A stretch of 64,000 bases of DNA from an uncultured Flavobacteriales bacterium. GTDB taxonomy: Bacteria > Pseudomonadota > Alphaproteobacteria > UBA8366 > CAVOAK01. The position numbers were made by a program, and so were the translations under genes. Position 1 is the stretch's first letter. Each line of letters starts with the position of its first letter. The notes under the pieces are model-generated. The model saw only the letters and a list, made by a program, of their open reading frames with translations. It searched no databases and had not been told where the DNA came from. Of the stretch, positions 1 to 10,374 are shown in pieces. The stretch lies in contig CAYQNO010000002.1 of the NCBI GenBank assembly GCA_964419045.1, forward strand, positions 6 to 64,005. Reading direction: 5' to 3'.

Positions 1-116
1 GGAAGGCTAATTAAAGGTAGGATGAGTAATGCCATCACCACCGAGCACAATTTGGTAGCCGTTTCGAGTCTCATTTCTACCAATCCGATCTTGCTCAAAT
101 AGGAATTCAAATACAT
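1..116 (-). CDS. Partial ORF running off the window edge, probably an exported protein
   Basis: Manual translation gives MYLNSYLSKIGLVEMRLETATKLCSVVMALLILPLISL, which has a signal-peptide-like hydrophobic stretch. There is an alternative ATG at 74. Divergent from tadD. Confidence 0.4.
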   Translation of the reverse strand, partial: MYLNSYLSKIGLVEMRLETATKLCSVVMALLILPLISL

Positions 117-319
117 GTTTAACGATTAAAAACTAATATTAAACTTAGCCGCCAAACGATTCCTCGGCAACTCTGTTTTCAGTTTTGCGAATTTCTTTTG
201 TAAAAGCCAATAAACTTACAATATTTTTCCGTAACCTTGTCTATGTTACTGTCGCGCATATAGAATTGTCTCTATGCACCAAATAGGTAATTGAATTTTA
301 GGTTTGCTTTAATTTTACG

Positions 320-1084
320 ATGAAAATACGTTTCGCTACACGATTTAGATCGACGAGAGTAATCTCCATTTATTGCATTGCTGCTATGATGTTTGGCGGG
401 TGCCAGATCACTGGAAAGGATGGAGTAGAAAGCTCACATAAGGAGACGATAAAGGACGCTGCTATTCTTGCCCATCAGTCACTCGACTACGAGGCGGCTG
501 CGAAACACTATAGCGATTTATACAAGCGCGATCCAGGCGATACGGAGGCATTGTTGGGAGCCGCTCGAAATTTACGCTATTCGGGTTCTATCGACGAGGC
601 CATCGAATTGATAGAGACTGGAATTTCGGATCATGGGCAAATTCCAGCATTTGTGCTTGAACTGAGCAAGTTGCAAATAACTGGGCAACGTTTTGAGGAG
701 GCTGGGGAAACATTGGATTTGGCCGCTCAACTATTACCGGATGACTGGGATGTGCTTTCCACGATGGGAATATTTCATGACTATCTTGGTGACTTCGTTG
801 TAGCGCAGGCTGCCTATACTGCGGCGCTTGAACTCTCGCCAAACAATGTGGTCGTGATCAATAACTTAGCACTGTCACTCGCTCAGTCGGGTAGCCTGGA
901 ACGAGGGATAGAAATTCTCGCGAAACTTGTAAAAGACAAGAAAAGCTCACCGCAAAGCCGACAAAATTTAGCGATGCTCTACGCGTTAGCCGGCGACATC
1001 AAGCGTGCCGAAGAATTAGCTCGCCAAGATTTGCCAGAGGATGTCGTATTAGAAAATTTGTCTACATTCCAACAAATGCATTAA
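320..1084 (+). CDS. tadD: TPR lipoprotein, Flp pilus assembly TadD-like
   Basis: Lipobox-like FGGC, TPR repeats, NNLALSL and RQNLAMLYALAG motifs. Adjacent to tadC. Confidence 0.75.
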   Translation: MKIRFATRFRSTRVISIYCIAAMMFGGCQITGKDGVESSHKETIKDAAILAHQSLDYEAAAKHYSDLYKRDPGDTEALLGAARNLRYSGSIDEAIELIETGISDHGQIPAFVLELSKLQITGQRFEEAGETLDLAAQLLPDDWDVLSTMGIFHDYLGDFVVAQAAYTAALELSPNNVVVINNLALSLAQSGSLERGIEILAKLVKDKKSSPQSRQNLAMLYALAGDIKRAEELARQDLPEDVVLENLSTFQQMH

Positions 1085-1144
1085 GTATACGTATAAAGAA
1101 ATGCGTGCGCACAAAATGTAGATTTTCAAACTAGAATGTTCTGA

Positions 1145-2107
1145 TTATAAATCCATCATCTGTATTACTGCTGGTCCAATAATGACCAGAAATAGCACTG
1201 GTAAGAAGAAAATTATCATTGGAACCGTGAGCTGGGCTGGTAGGGAGCCCGCTTTTTTTGCGGCTTTCGCCATGCGATCATCACGGTTTTCCTGAGCTAA
1301 AATCTTCAACGCAACTCCTACCGGTGTTCCGTACTTTTCAGATTGGATTAGGGAAGTAGACAGTGATTTAGCTGCTGGTAGAGCTGTACGCTCAGCAAAA
1401 TTCGCATAGGCCTGCCTACGATCGCCAAGGAATGCGAGTTCTGCTGACGTATGTCCGAGCTCCTGGGACAAAACGGGTGCCTGTTCTAAAATTTCCTCTG
1501 TTACACGCGTGAATGCTGCTTCGATTGATAATCCTGATTCTACACAAATCATTAGCAAGTCGAGAGAATCTGGAAATGATGAGGTCATTTCATCCTGGCG
1601 TTTCTGAATCGCATTTTTGACCAAAAGCCTTGGCAGATAAAAACCTACCGCGGCTAGGGCAAGGGCGATAACCAGCCTAATAATAAGTGGCTGTTCAAAC
1701 TTATCTGAGAATGTAAAGAAGAGAAACGCAATTAGGCCGAAGCCTAATGCCGCACCAAAGCGTGAAAATACGTAAGTGAATACTGCTGACTGATTTCTCC
1801 AGCCAGCCGATGCTAGTTGTAACTTGAGATCTTTGGAGGATGTCAGATTTTCCAGCTTAAGTCGTCCGAGCAACGCCTTCATCAGGTTCACGTGTACCTG
1901 CGTCTGCGGCCGCCGCCTAGCACGTACTTGTGCCTCCTGTTCACGTTGTTGTTGGCTTAATTCTTCGCGGCGGCGGGTTACTATTTTAAGGCGTGCCGCA
2001 CGCTGGTCACGTTGCATGAACGGTAGTGCAATCGCCAATACGGTTGCGAAGCTGCCCGCAAATGCGAGCATTAAGACAAGGTTCTGTGGTTCAAATAGAA
2101 ATAACAT
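1145..2107 (-). CDS. tadC: Tad pilus inner-membrane platform protein TadC (T2SS F family)
   Basis: FPDSLDLLMICVESGLSIEAA and LTVPMIIFFLP motifs; operon position. Confidence 0.93.
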   Translation of the reverse strand: MLFLFEPQNLVLMLAFAGSFATVLAIALPFMQRDQRAARLKIVTRRREELSQQQREQEAQVRARRRPQTQVHVNLMKALLGRLKLENLTSSKDLKLQLASAGWRNQSAVFTYVFSRFGAALGFGLIAFLFFTFSDKFEQPLIIRLVIALALAAVGFYLPRLLVKNAIQKRQDEMTSSFPDSLDLLMICVESGLSIEAAFTRVTEEILEQAPVLSQELGHTSAELAFLGDRRQAYANFAERTALPAAKSLSTSLIQSEKYGTPVGVALKILAQENRDDRMAKAAKKAGSLPAQLTVPMIIFFLPVLFLVIIGPAVIQMMDL

Positions 2108-2111
2108 AGAT

Positions 2112-3128
2112 TCAAATATCGAAGTTGATCATTTTTGACATCACGAGAATACCGACCAGCATCCAAAATGCACCAATGCCTAGCAGGACGTTACCAATTG
2201 TCTGAGTAAATAAAAGCCCAATATATTCTGGATTGATCAAAGAGATCATGCCGCCAACAAAAAATGGTAGGGAACCTATGATGGCAGCTGATGATTTTGC
2301 TTCACTCGAAAGTGCTTGCACCCTGTCCTTCATTCTCTTGCGCTCGCGAAGAACTTCGGACAGATTTTCCAAAGTGTCGCCCAAGTTACCGCCAGTTTGC
2401 TGTTGTATTTGAAGGACAATAGAGAAAAATTTTGACTCTGAGGTAGGTATTCGTTCTTGGCTTCGTTTTAACAATTCATCTAAGGCTACGCCAAATTTTT
2501 GCCCTTCTACTAGCAATCTAAACTCATGGCCTACGGGATCGGGAATTTCTCGGCCTATAATGGCTAAACACTCACCAACAGGAAGCCCAGATCGGATGCC
2601 TCTTACAATTACGTCAATGGCACTAGCAAAATGTGAAGTAAATTTTTTCTGCCTTCTACGAGCCATGATTCGAAGAATCAGTTTTGGAAGGATAAAAAAC
2701 ACTACTAAACCTACTATAGCGGCACCGTAGATAGGTAAACCAAATAGCATCGACAATGATGTGGCCAACAATCCAGCAATAATGGTAAGGAGCACATAGT
2801 TACGAATGTTGACGTCCAGACCAGCCTGTAGAAGATCGAGTCGAATCTTATTGCTACGCTTCTTTTTTTGTTTGCCGCGATCCTCTAGCTCTTTAAGTTT
2901 TTCTTGAATGCGCGTATTACGCCGATTAACTCCTTTGTCGCCACCTCTTGCCCCTGCGGCGGCAGAACCGGCAAGGCCAAGATCTGCTATTCGGCGCTTA
3001 AGACGCATCTTGGGACGTATGACAGCAAATGCTGTCACGGCTACCGTACTCAGCATCATTACCATGAACAAACTGATGCCTATCGCCATAACGACGTTAG
3101 GACTTAGGGCGCCTATGGTTTCAGACAT
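2112..3128 (-). CDS. tadB: Tad pilus protein TadB
   Basis: AIDVIVRGIRSGLP and IQQQTGGNL motifs. Start moved to ATG 3128 (MSETIG), which overlaps the cpaF 3' end. Confidence 0.92.
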   Translation of the reverse strand: MSETIGALSPNVVMAIGISLFMVMMLSTVAVTAFAVIRPKMRLKRRIADLGLAGSAAAGARGGDKGVNRRNTRIQEKLKELEDRGKQKKKRSNKIRLDLLQAGLDVNIRNYVLLTIIAGLLATSLSMLFGLPIYGAAIVGLVVFFILPKLILRIMARRRQKKFTSHFASAIDVIVRGIRSGLPVGECLAIIGREIPDPVGHEFRLLVEGQKFGVALDELLKRSQERIPTSESKFFSIVLQIQQQTGGNLGDTLENLSEVLRERKRMKDRVQALSSEAKSSAAIIGSLPFFVGGMISLINPEYIGLLFTQTIGNVLLGIGAFWMLVGILVMSKMINFDI

Positions 3129-4605
3129 CACCCTTAATCTCGAGTGCCTCCGATAGTTTAGTGTCCAATCCGAAATATCGTGCCTTGTCCCAGAATACTG
3201 GTCTAATACCCGTTGGGCGATGCTCGCCGAGGATTTTACCATCGGCGTCTTCACCAGTGAATTCGTATACAAATAGATCTTGCAAAGTGACCACATCGCC
3301 TTCCATGCCGACGATTTCTGTTACATGTGTAATTTTTCGTGATCCATCGCGTAGACGAGAGGCCTGAATGACTATGTTGATCGCCGAAGCAATTTGCTCG
3401 CGCATTGCTTTTGCTGGCAGATTGAAGCCTCCCATAGCTATCATATTCTCGACTCGTGAAATGCCTTCACGCGGGTTATTAGCGTGCACTGTTCCCATAG
3501 AGCCATCGTGCCCAGTATTCATCGCCTGTAACAAATCGAAGGCTTCAGGACCTCGGACCTCGCCTACAATTATCCGTTCTGGGCGCATACGGAGACAGTT
3601 TTTTACGAGGTCACGCATAGTGATTTCACCAATACCCTCGAGGTTAGGCGGGCGTGTTTCGAGACGAACAACGTGGGGGTTTTTCAATTGCAGTTCAGCC
3701 GCATCTTCACAGGTGATTACTCGCTCGCCTGGCTCGACATAGTCCGTCATGCAATTAAGGAGCGTCGTTTTACCTGATCCCGTACCACCGGAGATCAAGA
3801 TGTTACATCGGCAAGCGGAAGCAACCTCTAAAACGGTGGCACCATCTCGAGAAATACTCCCGAAGTTTACCAGGTCGTCGAGCGTCAGTTTATCTTGGCT
3901 AAACTTTCGTATAGTCAGCGCTGCTCCATCAATTGCTAGAGGTGGCGCAATAACATTTACTCGTGATCCATCGAGGAGGCGGGCATCACAAATGGGGCTC
4001 GCCTCGTCAACTCGCCGACCAACTGCTGTCACTATTCGCTGACAAATGTTCATCAATTGTGCATTGTCGCGAAACTTTACGTCGGTGAGCTCTATCTTTC
4101 CCTCGGTTTCGATATAGACCTTGTCTGGCCCATTCACCATGATATCCGCGATATTGTCTCGAGACAGCAATGGTTCGAGAGGCCCCAGCCCTAATACGTC
4201 ATTGAATATATCGTTGATGACCTGCTGTTGCTCTTGCGCACTAAGGACCAGGTCTCTCATACCTATGATTTCGCCAACTATATCACTGATTTCTTCGCGA
4301 ACAGCTTCCGCAGATAGAAGATTGAACTGCGTCAAGTCTACAGCTTCGATTAGATCGTTAAAAACGCTAATTTTAACTTCCTGCAACTTCTCGCTGAGTG
4401 GACCTTCAGATTGTTGTGCTACGGGTGGAGGCTTTGGTGCGGCGACCTCCGGTTTAGGCTCCGGTGGAGCTTGGTTCTCATCTTCTGCAACAAGTACAAC
4501 GTTTTCTTCGTCCTTTGGTAACTCGGGCGGTGTTTTTACCGGCGGCGGCGCTTGAACCGTTTCTTTTTTTTCTGTGGCGGTATCTCGTCTTCCAAACATT
4601 GTCAC
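3121..4605 (-). CDS. cpaF: Pilus assembly ATPase CpaF/TadA
   Basis: Walker A GGTGSGKTT, LRMRPERIIVGEVRG, AMNTGHDGS. Confidence 0.96.
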   Translation of the reverse strand: MTMFGRRDTATEKKETVQAPPPVKTPPELPKDEENVVLVAEDENQAPPEPKPEVAAPKPPPVAQQSEGPLSEKLQEVKISVFNDLIEAVDLTQFNLLSAEAVREEISDIVGEIIGMRDLVLSAQEQQQVINDIFNDVLGLGPLEPLLSRDNIADIMVNGPDKVYIETEGKIELTDVKFRDNAQLMNICQRIVTAVGRRVDEASPICDARLLDGSRVNVIAPPLAIDGAALTIRKFSQDKLTLDDLVNFGSISRDGATVLEVASACRCNILISGGTGSGKTTLLNCMTDYVEPGERVITCEDAAELQLKNPHVVRLETRPPNLEGIGEITMRDLVKNCLRMRPERIIVGEVRGPEAFDLLQAMNTGHDGSMGTVHANNPREGISRVENMIAMGGFNLPAKAMREQIASAINIVIQASRLRDGSRKITHVTEIVGMEGDVVTLQDLFVYEFTGEDADGKILGEHRPTGIRPVFWDKARYFGLDTKLSEALEIKGDV

Positions 4606-5798
4606 TTAATCCTATTTAACAATGACGCAAACACGCCATCCTTCTTTTTCGAAAGCTCACCGGCCGACGCGCGAGCGCTTACTATGCTAGCGAGGTTCGA
4701 CAATTCCTTTACAACACGACTCGATTGATTCACGTCTGCAAGCATTTCGCCATTGTTTAATGCTGTTCCAAACAGCACCGGATCAAAACTTATTTGAGCC
4801 GAAGGACTAGATTTTATCGACTCCTCAAAATCACTGGGCGATAGCTCATGCTTTGGCGCTGCTCCTAAACGATTTAAAACCAATCGCATTGGCGCATCAA
4901 CACCTCGTTTAGGAGCCAAGTTATCAAACATGTTTTTGACATCGCGTAAACTCGCGAGGTCGAGGCCAGCCGTTACCACGACCTCATTAGCATCGAAAAG
5001 CACCTCTGGCATCCAACTCGGCCACTGATGTGGTAGGTCTAAAACCACGAAGGATGCCATTTGCTGCAATAGTTTCAACAGAATTTCAAATGAAGCAAGC
5101 TCAATATCGTTATTACCATCAAGAGTAGCTGGTGCGGCGACTACGGAAAGATAATCATCGTATTTAAGCATAAATCTCTCTACTAGAACGTCGTCCAGCC
5201 GATTCGGATCGGACAGAGCCTCAGCAACATTTTGTCGCGGCTGGAGGTTAAGCGAGAGTGCAGCTGTTCCAAAAGGTAAGTCGAGATCAACTAGGATGAC
5301 GCTATCTTGGTACTGCTGTCCAAGCAGATGTGCAGTATTGGCCGCAAGAGTGCTGCTTCCAACACCACCCTCCGCACCGATGAAAGCAACAACCCTCCCT
5401 AAATTACTTGAATCAGCATCAGAAAACACTCGTTCAATAACGGCGATAAGTTGTGTAGTATCTACCGGAGCACAGCAATACTCACTAATTCCGATTTCCA
5501 TGAGTTGCTTATAAAGTGCGATATCATTCGTTGTGCCTATAAGCACAACACGGGCGCCAGGATTGCAAACGTCCGCCAGTCTTTCCAATACCTGAAACAG
5601 TGCGTCTCCAGTTTCCATAGATTCGACTATGAGTAACTGAGGTGTCTCGTTTTGGCCTAAATACTCAACGGCGCGCGTGACCCCACCTTCGTCAACAAGA
5701 ACTTTGGAACGCGCAAGTCGTCGGTCCGACTGCAGGCTTTGTATTGTTTCGGCAGTCTCTGTATTCTCGACAAACGCGTTGATCGAAATTCTAAAAAT
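4602..5798 (-). CDS. cpaE: Pilus assembly protein CpaE/TadZ (receiver-like plus MinD-like domain)
   Basis: GAEGGVGSST and DLDLPFGT motifs. The frame stays open 60 codons upstream of ATG 5618 (IFRISINAFVENTETA...DRRLARSKV), resembling the CpaE N-terminus. The start is uncertain; I propose ATT 5798. Confidence 0.88.
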   Translation of the reverse strand: MFRISINAFVENTETAETIQSLQSDRRLARSKVLVDEGGVTRAVEYLGQNETPQLLIVESMETGDALFQVLERLADVCNPGARVVLIGTTNDIALYKQLMEIGISEYCCAPVDTTQLIAVIERVFSDADSSNLGRVVAFIGAEGGVGSSTLAANTAHLLGQQYQDSVILVDLDLPFGTAALSLNLQPRQNVAEALSDPNRLDDVLVERFMLKYDDYLSVVAAPATLDGNNDIELASFEILLKLLQQMASFVVLDLPHQWPSWMPEVLFDANEVVVTAGLDLASLRDVKNMFDNLAPKRGVDAPMRLVLNRLGAAPKHELSPSDFEESIKSSPSAQISFDPVLFGTALNNGEMLADVNQSSRVVKELSNLASIVSARASAGELSKKKDGVFASLLNRIK

Positions 5799-5845
5799 AA
5801 GTGTTCTCCCTGTGTTGTTGGCAACACATTAGGTTGATATTAATT

Positions 5846-6535
5846 CTACTCGACGTCACCAACACCACTATCTTCATCTGCTGCCGTAGCGATCGGCTCA
5901 CCAGAACGATATTTTTCGACAAATACGTCTATGTATTGCGCATCAATAGAGCTTAAGGCATTGGGTTTAACAAGAACGCCCGGATCAGCCAGCATCAACC
6001 CGAAGTTTCTTTGATATGAACAGCCCCAGTTATTATGAGGTAAATTAGTCGGATTAAATCCTCCTGCATCGCCGGTCCAGACACCGCACTCCGGAACTTT
6101 AATTCCATAACCCTTAAAGCTCAGTATGGCCGCATCCGCGTCTTTAACGGGAGCCTTACCTGGTTGCAGCAAAATATTGCTTGGCCTTACTCCCAACGCG
6201 ATAAGGCGTTCACGTATAAAAGCTGTATTTTTTATTGTTTCTGCCTCACCGTTGCCAGGCGGCGTTGAAATCATTAGCGGACTACGTGCGCGGCGTAGGT
6301 ATTCTCGAACAAGCACGTTGACGCCGGACATGTCCTTAGCATTCGCTGAACCATCAGTCCCAAGACGCAAGGCCACCGCAAACGTCTTCAGTTCCACCTT
6401 GAGTGGAAATTGCTTTCTGAAGTCCGCGTTTCCAACGGGCGGTCCACATCCAGCCAGTACTGAGGCGACAGCAAGCAAGACAAGCGCACCGACACTTTGC
6501 CGCAGGTTGATTGTTAAATTATGTGCGAGGCGCAT
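5846..6535 (-). CDS. cpaD: Pilus assembly lipoprotein CpaD
   Basis: LAGC lipobox and NWGCSYQRNFGLMLADP motif; lies between cpaC and cpaE. Start set to MRLAHN. Confidence 0.85.
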   Translation of the reverse strand: MRLAHNLTINLRQSVGALVLLAVASVLAGCGPPVGNADFRKQFPLKVELKTFAVALRLGTDGSANAKDMSGVNVLVREYLRRARSPLMISTPPGNGEAETIKNTAFIRERLIALGVRPSNILLQPGKAPVKDADAAILSFKGYGIKVPECGVWTGDAGGFNPTNLPHNNWGCSYQRNFGLMLADPGVLVKPNALSSIDAQYIDVFVEKYRSGEPIATAADEDSGVGDVE

Positions 6536-6543
6536 CAAGACAT

Positions 6544-7971
6544 TTACTCCATGATATAGCCAAATGGACCGCGCAGGTTTGGGACATTTTTTGGATCCCA
6601 CGGTTTAGCATACTGTTTGTAGAGCCTTCCCATTAAGAATAAGTCAAAGTCATCCGCTGGTACAAAGCCGTCAGTTGGAAGTGATAATTCTTGACCCTCG
6701 GTAATAGGTCGAACCAAAAATGCACGAACAAGTACCACAAGTTCTGTCTCGTTTCGCTGAAACGCCGGACTCCTAAATAATGCGCCGATAATTGGGATAT
6801 CCTTAAGCCATGGCACACCATCTATCTGATTGAATTCATCCGCTTGCAGGAGACCAGCGATCATAAGGCTACCGCCGCTCGGCAAATTGACTGTACTGTC
6901 GGCGCGTCGAACGGACAGCCCAATCACATCGACCGTTTGATTATTGTTTCCAAAAGGTAGAACAAGCTTATTTTCTTCCGCCTGCCGGCTGACCTCAGTC
7001 GCCACACGTAGACTGATCTGGTTTTTACTCAGCACGACAGGCGTGAAACTGAGGCTGACACCAAAATCGCGGAAATCAATAAGCAAGTTTCCTTGACTAT
7101 CGATACCTGATGGTGTGGGGAATTCTCCGCCGGCAAGGAAGTTTGCCGTCTGACCTGAAATTGCTGTGAGTGTTGGCTCAGCCAGAGTCTTGACTAGACC
7201 CTGTCGTTCCAGAGACGTAAAAGCACTACTAACAATACCCTTAGCGTTGATTCCAATATTCCCACTTATCGCACTTGCGAATGCACCGCCACCCGTTGTT
7301 GTGAACGTAATATTCCTTTCACCACGAATTACCTTGTTGAAAGTCGTCGCTACGCCGAGATTTTTTAATACGCTGCGTTGAAATTCAGCTATGCGAACCT
7401 GCAACAATACTTGCTGATCTTCCAGCACTTTTACCATGTTGATTACATCAGTATCCTCTTCAACAAAACGTCTCGCAATTGCAGTCGCGTCGGCTGATTC
7501 CTTCGCTGAGCGCACCGTGCCGGTGATTACAATATTGTCATTCAAGGCCTTGAGGCCGATATTCGCATCTGGCAGAAGCGACCCCGTAGCAGCTCGTACT
7601 GCTGACAAGTCTATTTTAACTTGCACTGCGACGTGCAAAACCACATCACCATCTTCTCCAACAAAAAACAGATTGGTGGCGCCAAGGCTACGAGCAACAA
7701 GGTAGACTTTCTGCGGTGTACTCACAATTGTGTCGACGATTTCGGGGTTAGCTACGACTATGTCACGGACAGGTTCAGGCAAGTCTACGAGATGTACTTT
7801 GTTAAGGGGAATGGCGATCATTCGAGGTGCTGGTATATCGCCGGCCGCTGCAGCAAGTGGTTTTAAAGCGAGGGGTACCACCCGCTGCGCACTGGCTTCG
7901 GTGAAAATACTCATACACAGTGCAAATCCGAGCACTGTTGCCATTATAAGATGTGAGCTTGCGTGCTTCAC
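6544..7971 (-). CDS. cpaC: Secretin CpaC/RcpA
   Basis: LAEPTLTAISGQTANFLAGGEFP and GVPWLKDIPIIGALFRS secretin motifs; signal peptide. Confidence 0.94.
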   Translation of the reverse strand: MKHASSHLIMATVLGFALCMSIFTEASAQRVVPLALKPLAAAAGDIPAPRMIAIPLNKVHLVDLPEPVRDIVVANPEIVDTIVSTPQKVYLVARSLGATNLFFVGEDGDVVLHVAVQVKIDLSAVRAATGSLLPDANIGLKALNDNIVITGTVRSAKESADATAIARRFVEEDTDVINMVKVLEDQQVLLQVRIAEFQRSVLKNLGVATTFNKVIRGERNITFTTTGGGAFASAISGNIGINAKGIVSSAFTSLERQGLVKTLAEPTLTAISGQTANFLAGGEFPTPSGIDSQGNLLIDFRDFGVSLSFTPVVLSKNQISLRVATEVSRQAEENKLVLPFGNNNQTVDVIGLSVRRADSTVNLPSGGSLMIAGLLQADEFNQIDGVPWLKDIPIIGALFRSPAFQRNETELVVLVRAFLVRPITEGQELSLPTDGFVPADDFDLFLMGRLYKQYAKPWDPKNVPNLRGPFGYIME

Positions 7972-7981
7972 TCGGGCCTCA

Positions 7982-8917
7982 TTATCTCTTGAACACTTGT
8001 GAGGTGGATGTGCTGCCGCGATTAACTTTAACTTTGTATGCCGACGAAGTTGAACCCGCCGCGCGCTTTGGTGTCAACTCCCTCTTTTTTTCTGGATTAC
8101 CAAAGGCTTTTGCAAGTGTCGGACTAATCTCTATATCTGACGTAAATTCACCCTTGGTATCCTGGGCGTCGTCGTCTGCTAGACTGCGCAACGATAAACT
8201 GATGTCACCCATAGCCTTCGCAGTAGCGATGGCTTCAACCTGCTTGGATGTCACTTCAACTGTAACCGTTTCAACAACCGTAGCCTCTCCCTCCAGGTCG
8301 TCGAACGATTGATCTATAGCAACAACGTGGGCGTTTCTCACGATGGTTTCAGACGTGTAACGTACAATGCTTTCAGCTATCACCGGTGAGATATTCTCAC
8401 CGCCGGTCGGTGCCCGATAGTCTGTACGAATATCATGGGTCAAAATAATATCGACGTAGTCACCAGGTAAAATGAATCCCGCTGCACCACTAACTTCTGT
8501 AACAGAAATGGCGACAGCTCGCATGCCTGGACTTAAGGCTCCGGCTAGGAAGCCTGGCTCGTCACGTCTAAATACCATTGCGTCCATGAACGGAGTTCCC
8601 TCCAGAATGCCGCGTCGGACAACTGATCCAGTAAAGTCTTTTATAAGATCCTTGTCTTCAGTCGATGAAGTAATAAATTTACCAGCAGCCGCATCCTCGG
8701 GCCACGGCTGCCAGCGAAGGTCGCTCCGCGAAATTGTTTTTCCTGCAGGTAGGTCATTATCAGCGACCAACACAAACACGTTGAATACTGGGGCTACTTC
8801 CTCATCAACTTCATCTGCGATTACTGTCGGTGTGTCCAGCAATCGCTTGACTAGAAACACAGTTCCACCAGCTGTGAGTAGCGCGAATCCAACTAGTCCA
8901 ATGATTACTGCACGCAT
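7982..8917 (-). CDS. cpaB: Flp pilus assembly protein CpaB/RcpC
   Basis: SAF domain, PGMRAVAISV and GFILPGDYVDIILT motifs. Confidence 0.93.
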   Translation of the reverse strand: MRAVIIGLVGFALLTAGGTVFLVKRLLDTPTVIADEVDEEVAPVFNVFVLVADNDLPAGKTISRSDLRWQPWPEDAAAGKFITSSTEDKDLIKDFTGSVVRRGILEGTPFMDAMVFRRDEPGFLAGALSPGMRAVAISVTEVSGAAGFILPGDYVDIILTHDIRTDYRAPTGGENISPVIAESIVRYTSETIVRNAHVVAIDQSFDDLEGEATVVETVTVEVTSKQVEAIATAKAMGDISLSLRSLADDDAQDTKGEFTSDIEISPTLAKAFGNPEKKRELTPKRAAGSTSSAYKVKVNRGSTSTSQVFKR

Positions 8918-9400
8918 AGTGAGGCAATTCTCATAATTAAAATCTTATAAACGTTCAGAACAAACATAGATATGATATCATAACTCTGTTTCCTCGTGTA
9001 CGGGCGAAATAAACTTTATTGCAGAAAGTTTTTGTTTGTCGGATTACAGAGTGCAGATTAGTCAAATAAATAAATTTTTAATAGCTTTGTGTAAACGGGC
9101 CCTCTTATTATCATCGCATATCGGCTTGGTGGTTTTGCTGAGGTCGTAAGAATTACCTTGCTTTAGACAATATAACATATGGTTCGAAAAATTTAACACA
9201 TCGAATTTTAAAATTTGGTTTCAGACCCTTAGATATTATGTCAATCTGTGGTGTAATAATTCGACTTGTTGAGTCTGCGATATCGTCGTTAAATTTGTGA
9301 ACATAGGGCGAGATGTGGGCTACTTTCGCGCTACTACTTATGAGAAGATGCTTCGCAATATTGTAACTGTTTAATACAAGATCACGAAAGAGGTTATTAA

Positions 9401-10144
9401 TTGTCTGACGAAATACCGGGTGAGATTGCTGAAGTGGAGGAAGTTGCTGCCCCTGCCGCTAATTCGCGTAGACTGGACAATATTCGCCTACTGGAGGACC
9501 TTCCAGCTAGCGCACTGCGCGAAATTGAACCTAAGTGCCGTTGGCTTGAATTTGGCGCGCACGACACGGTGCTGAATCATAATGATAAGTCGCACGAGGT
9601 CTACTTTATAGTTGCCGGTTCAGTGCGTGTTATGAACCATTTAGGTGATGATCGAGAAGTAGCGCTGGCTGACTTGCAGGCAGGAGACCACTTTGGGGAA
9701 TTGTCAGCGATTGATAGCCTTGAACGAGCGGCGCATGTATTTGGCACCGACCATTGTGTGATAGCTGCGCTACCGCGTGAGCATTTTCTCACGCTATTAC
9801 TTGAACACCCGCGTGTAGCTCTACGCTTACTCGATAACTGTGCTGCAATAATCAGAACTATGAATCAGAGGGTTTCGGCTCTCAGCACCATGACGGCACA
9901 TCAACGTATTTATGTTGAGCTTTTGAAATTGGCAGAACCTAGCCCACGTGGTGATGGAAGTTGGGTGATCAAGTTAGTGCCTCATCATAACGAAATCGCT
10001 AGTTGGTCTGGAACGGAGAAGCCAGAGGTTGCAATGGCAATTGGGAATTTGGTGCGCGATGATGTATTGCAGCGTAAGCATAAAACATTCGTGATTAAGG
10101 ATATCGCTAGATTGAGGTTGTTAGTAAATACAAGAGGAGATTGA
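9401..10144 (+). CDS. Crp/Fnr family transcriptional regulator
   Basis: cNMP-binding domain (GDHFGELSAID..R.A) and C-terminal HTH. TTG start after GAGG. Confidence 0.88.
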   Translation: MSDEIPGEIAEVEEVAAPAANSRRLDNIRLLEDLPASALREIEPKCRWLEFGAHDTVLNHNDKSHEVYFIVAGSVRVMNHLGDDREVALADLQAGDHFGELSAIDSLERAAHVFGTDHCVIAALPREHFLTLLLEHPRVALRLLDNCAAIIRTMNQRVSALSTMTAHQRIYVELLKLAEPSPRGDGSWVIKLVPHHNEIASWSGTEKPEVAMAIGNLVRDDVLQRKHKTFVIKDIARLRLLVNTRGD

Positions 10145-10374
10145 GGTAAAGAAATTAACTTAATTACATGATTATCGAAGTCTCTTGTCTGTTCGATTGT
10201 GGCTGTAAGTTGGTTATCCATGAGTTTTAATTCGAGAATTACGAATTCAAAGTTAAGTAAGAGTAATTCTAAAAAACCGCAATAAAAGTAACGGTAGGAG
10301 AAGCCGGGCTATTTTGAGTGAGATCAGCCGATTAAGTAACAAATTCGGTTGGAATGCTGTGGGCGTGAGGGCCG

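Noticed and set aside
119-142. CtrA box upstream of tadD
   Set aside because: The TTAA half-sites are spaced 3 and 9 nt rather than 7.
8918-9400. Hidden Flp pilin in the gap upstream of cpaB
   Set aside because: I found no ORF with a G-x-T-x-x-E-Y pilin motif by eye, though a very divergent one cannot be excluded.
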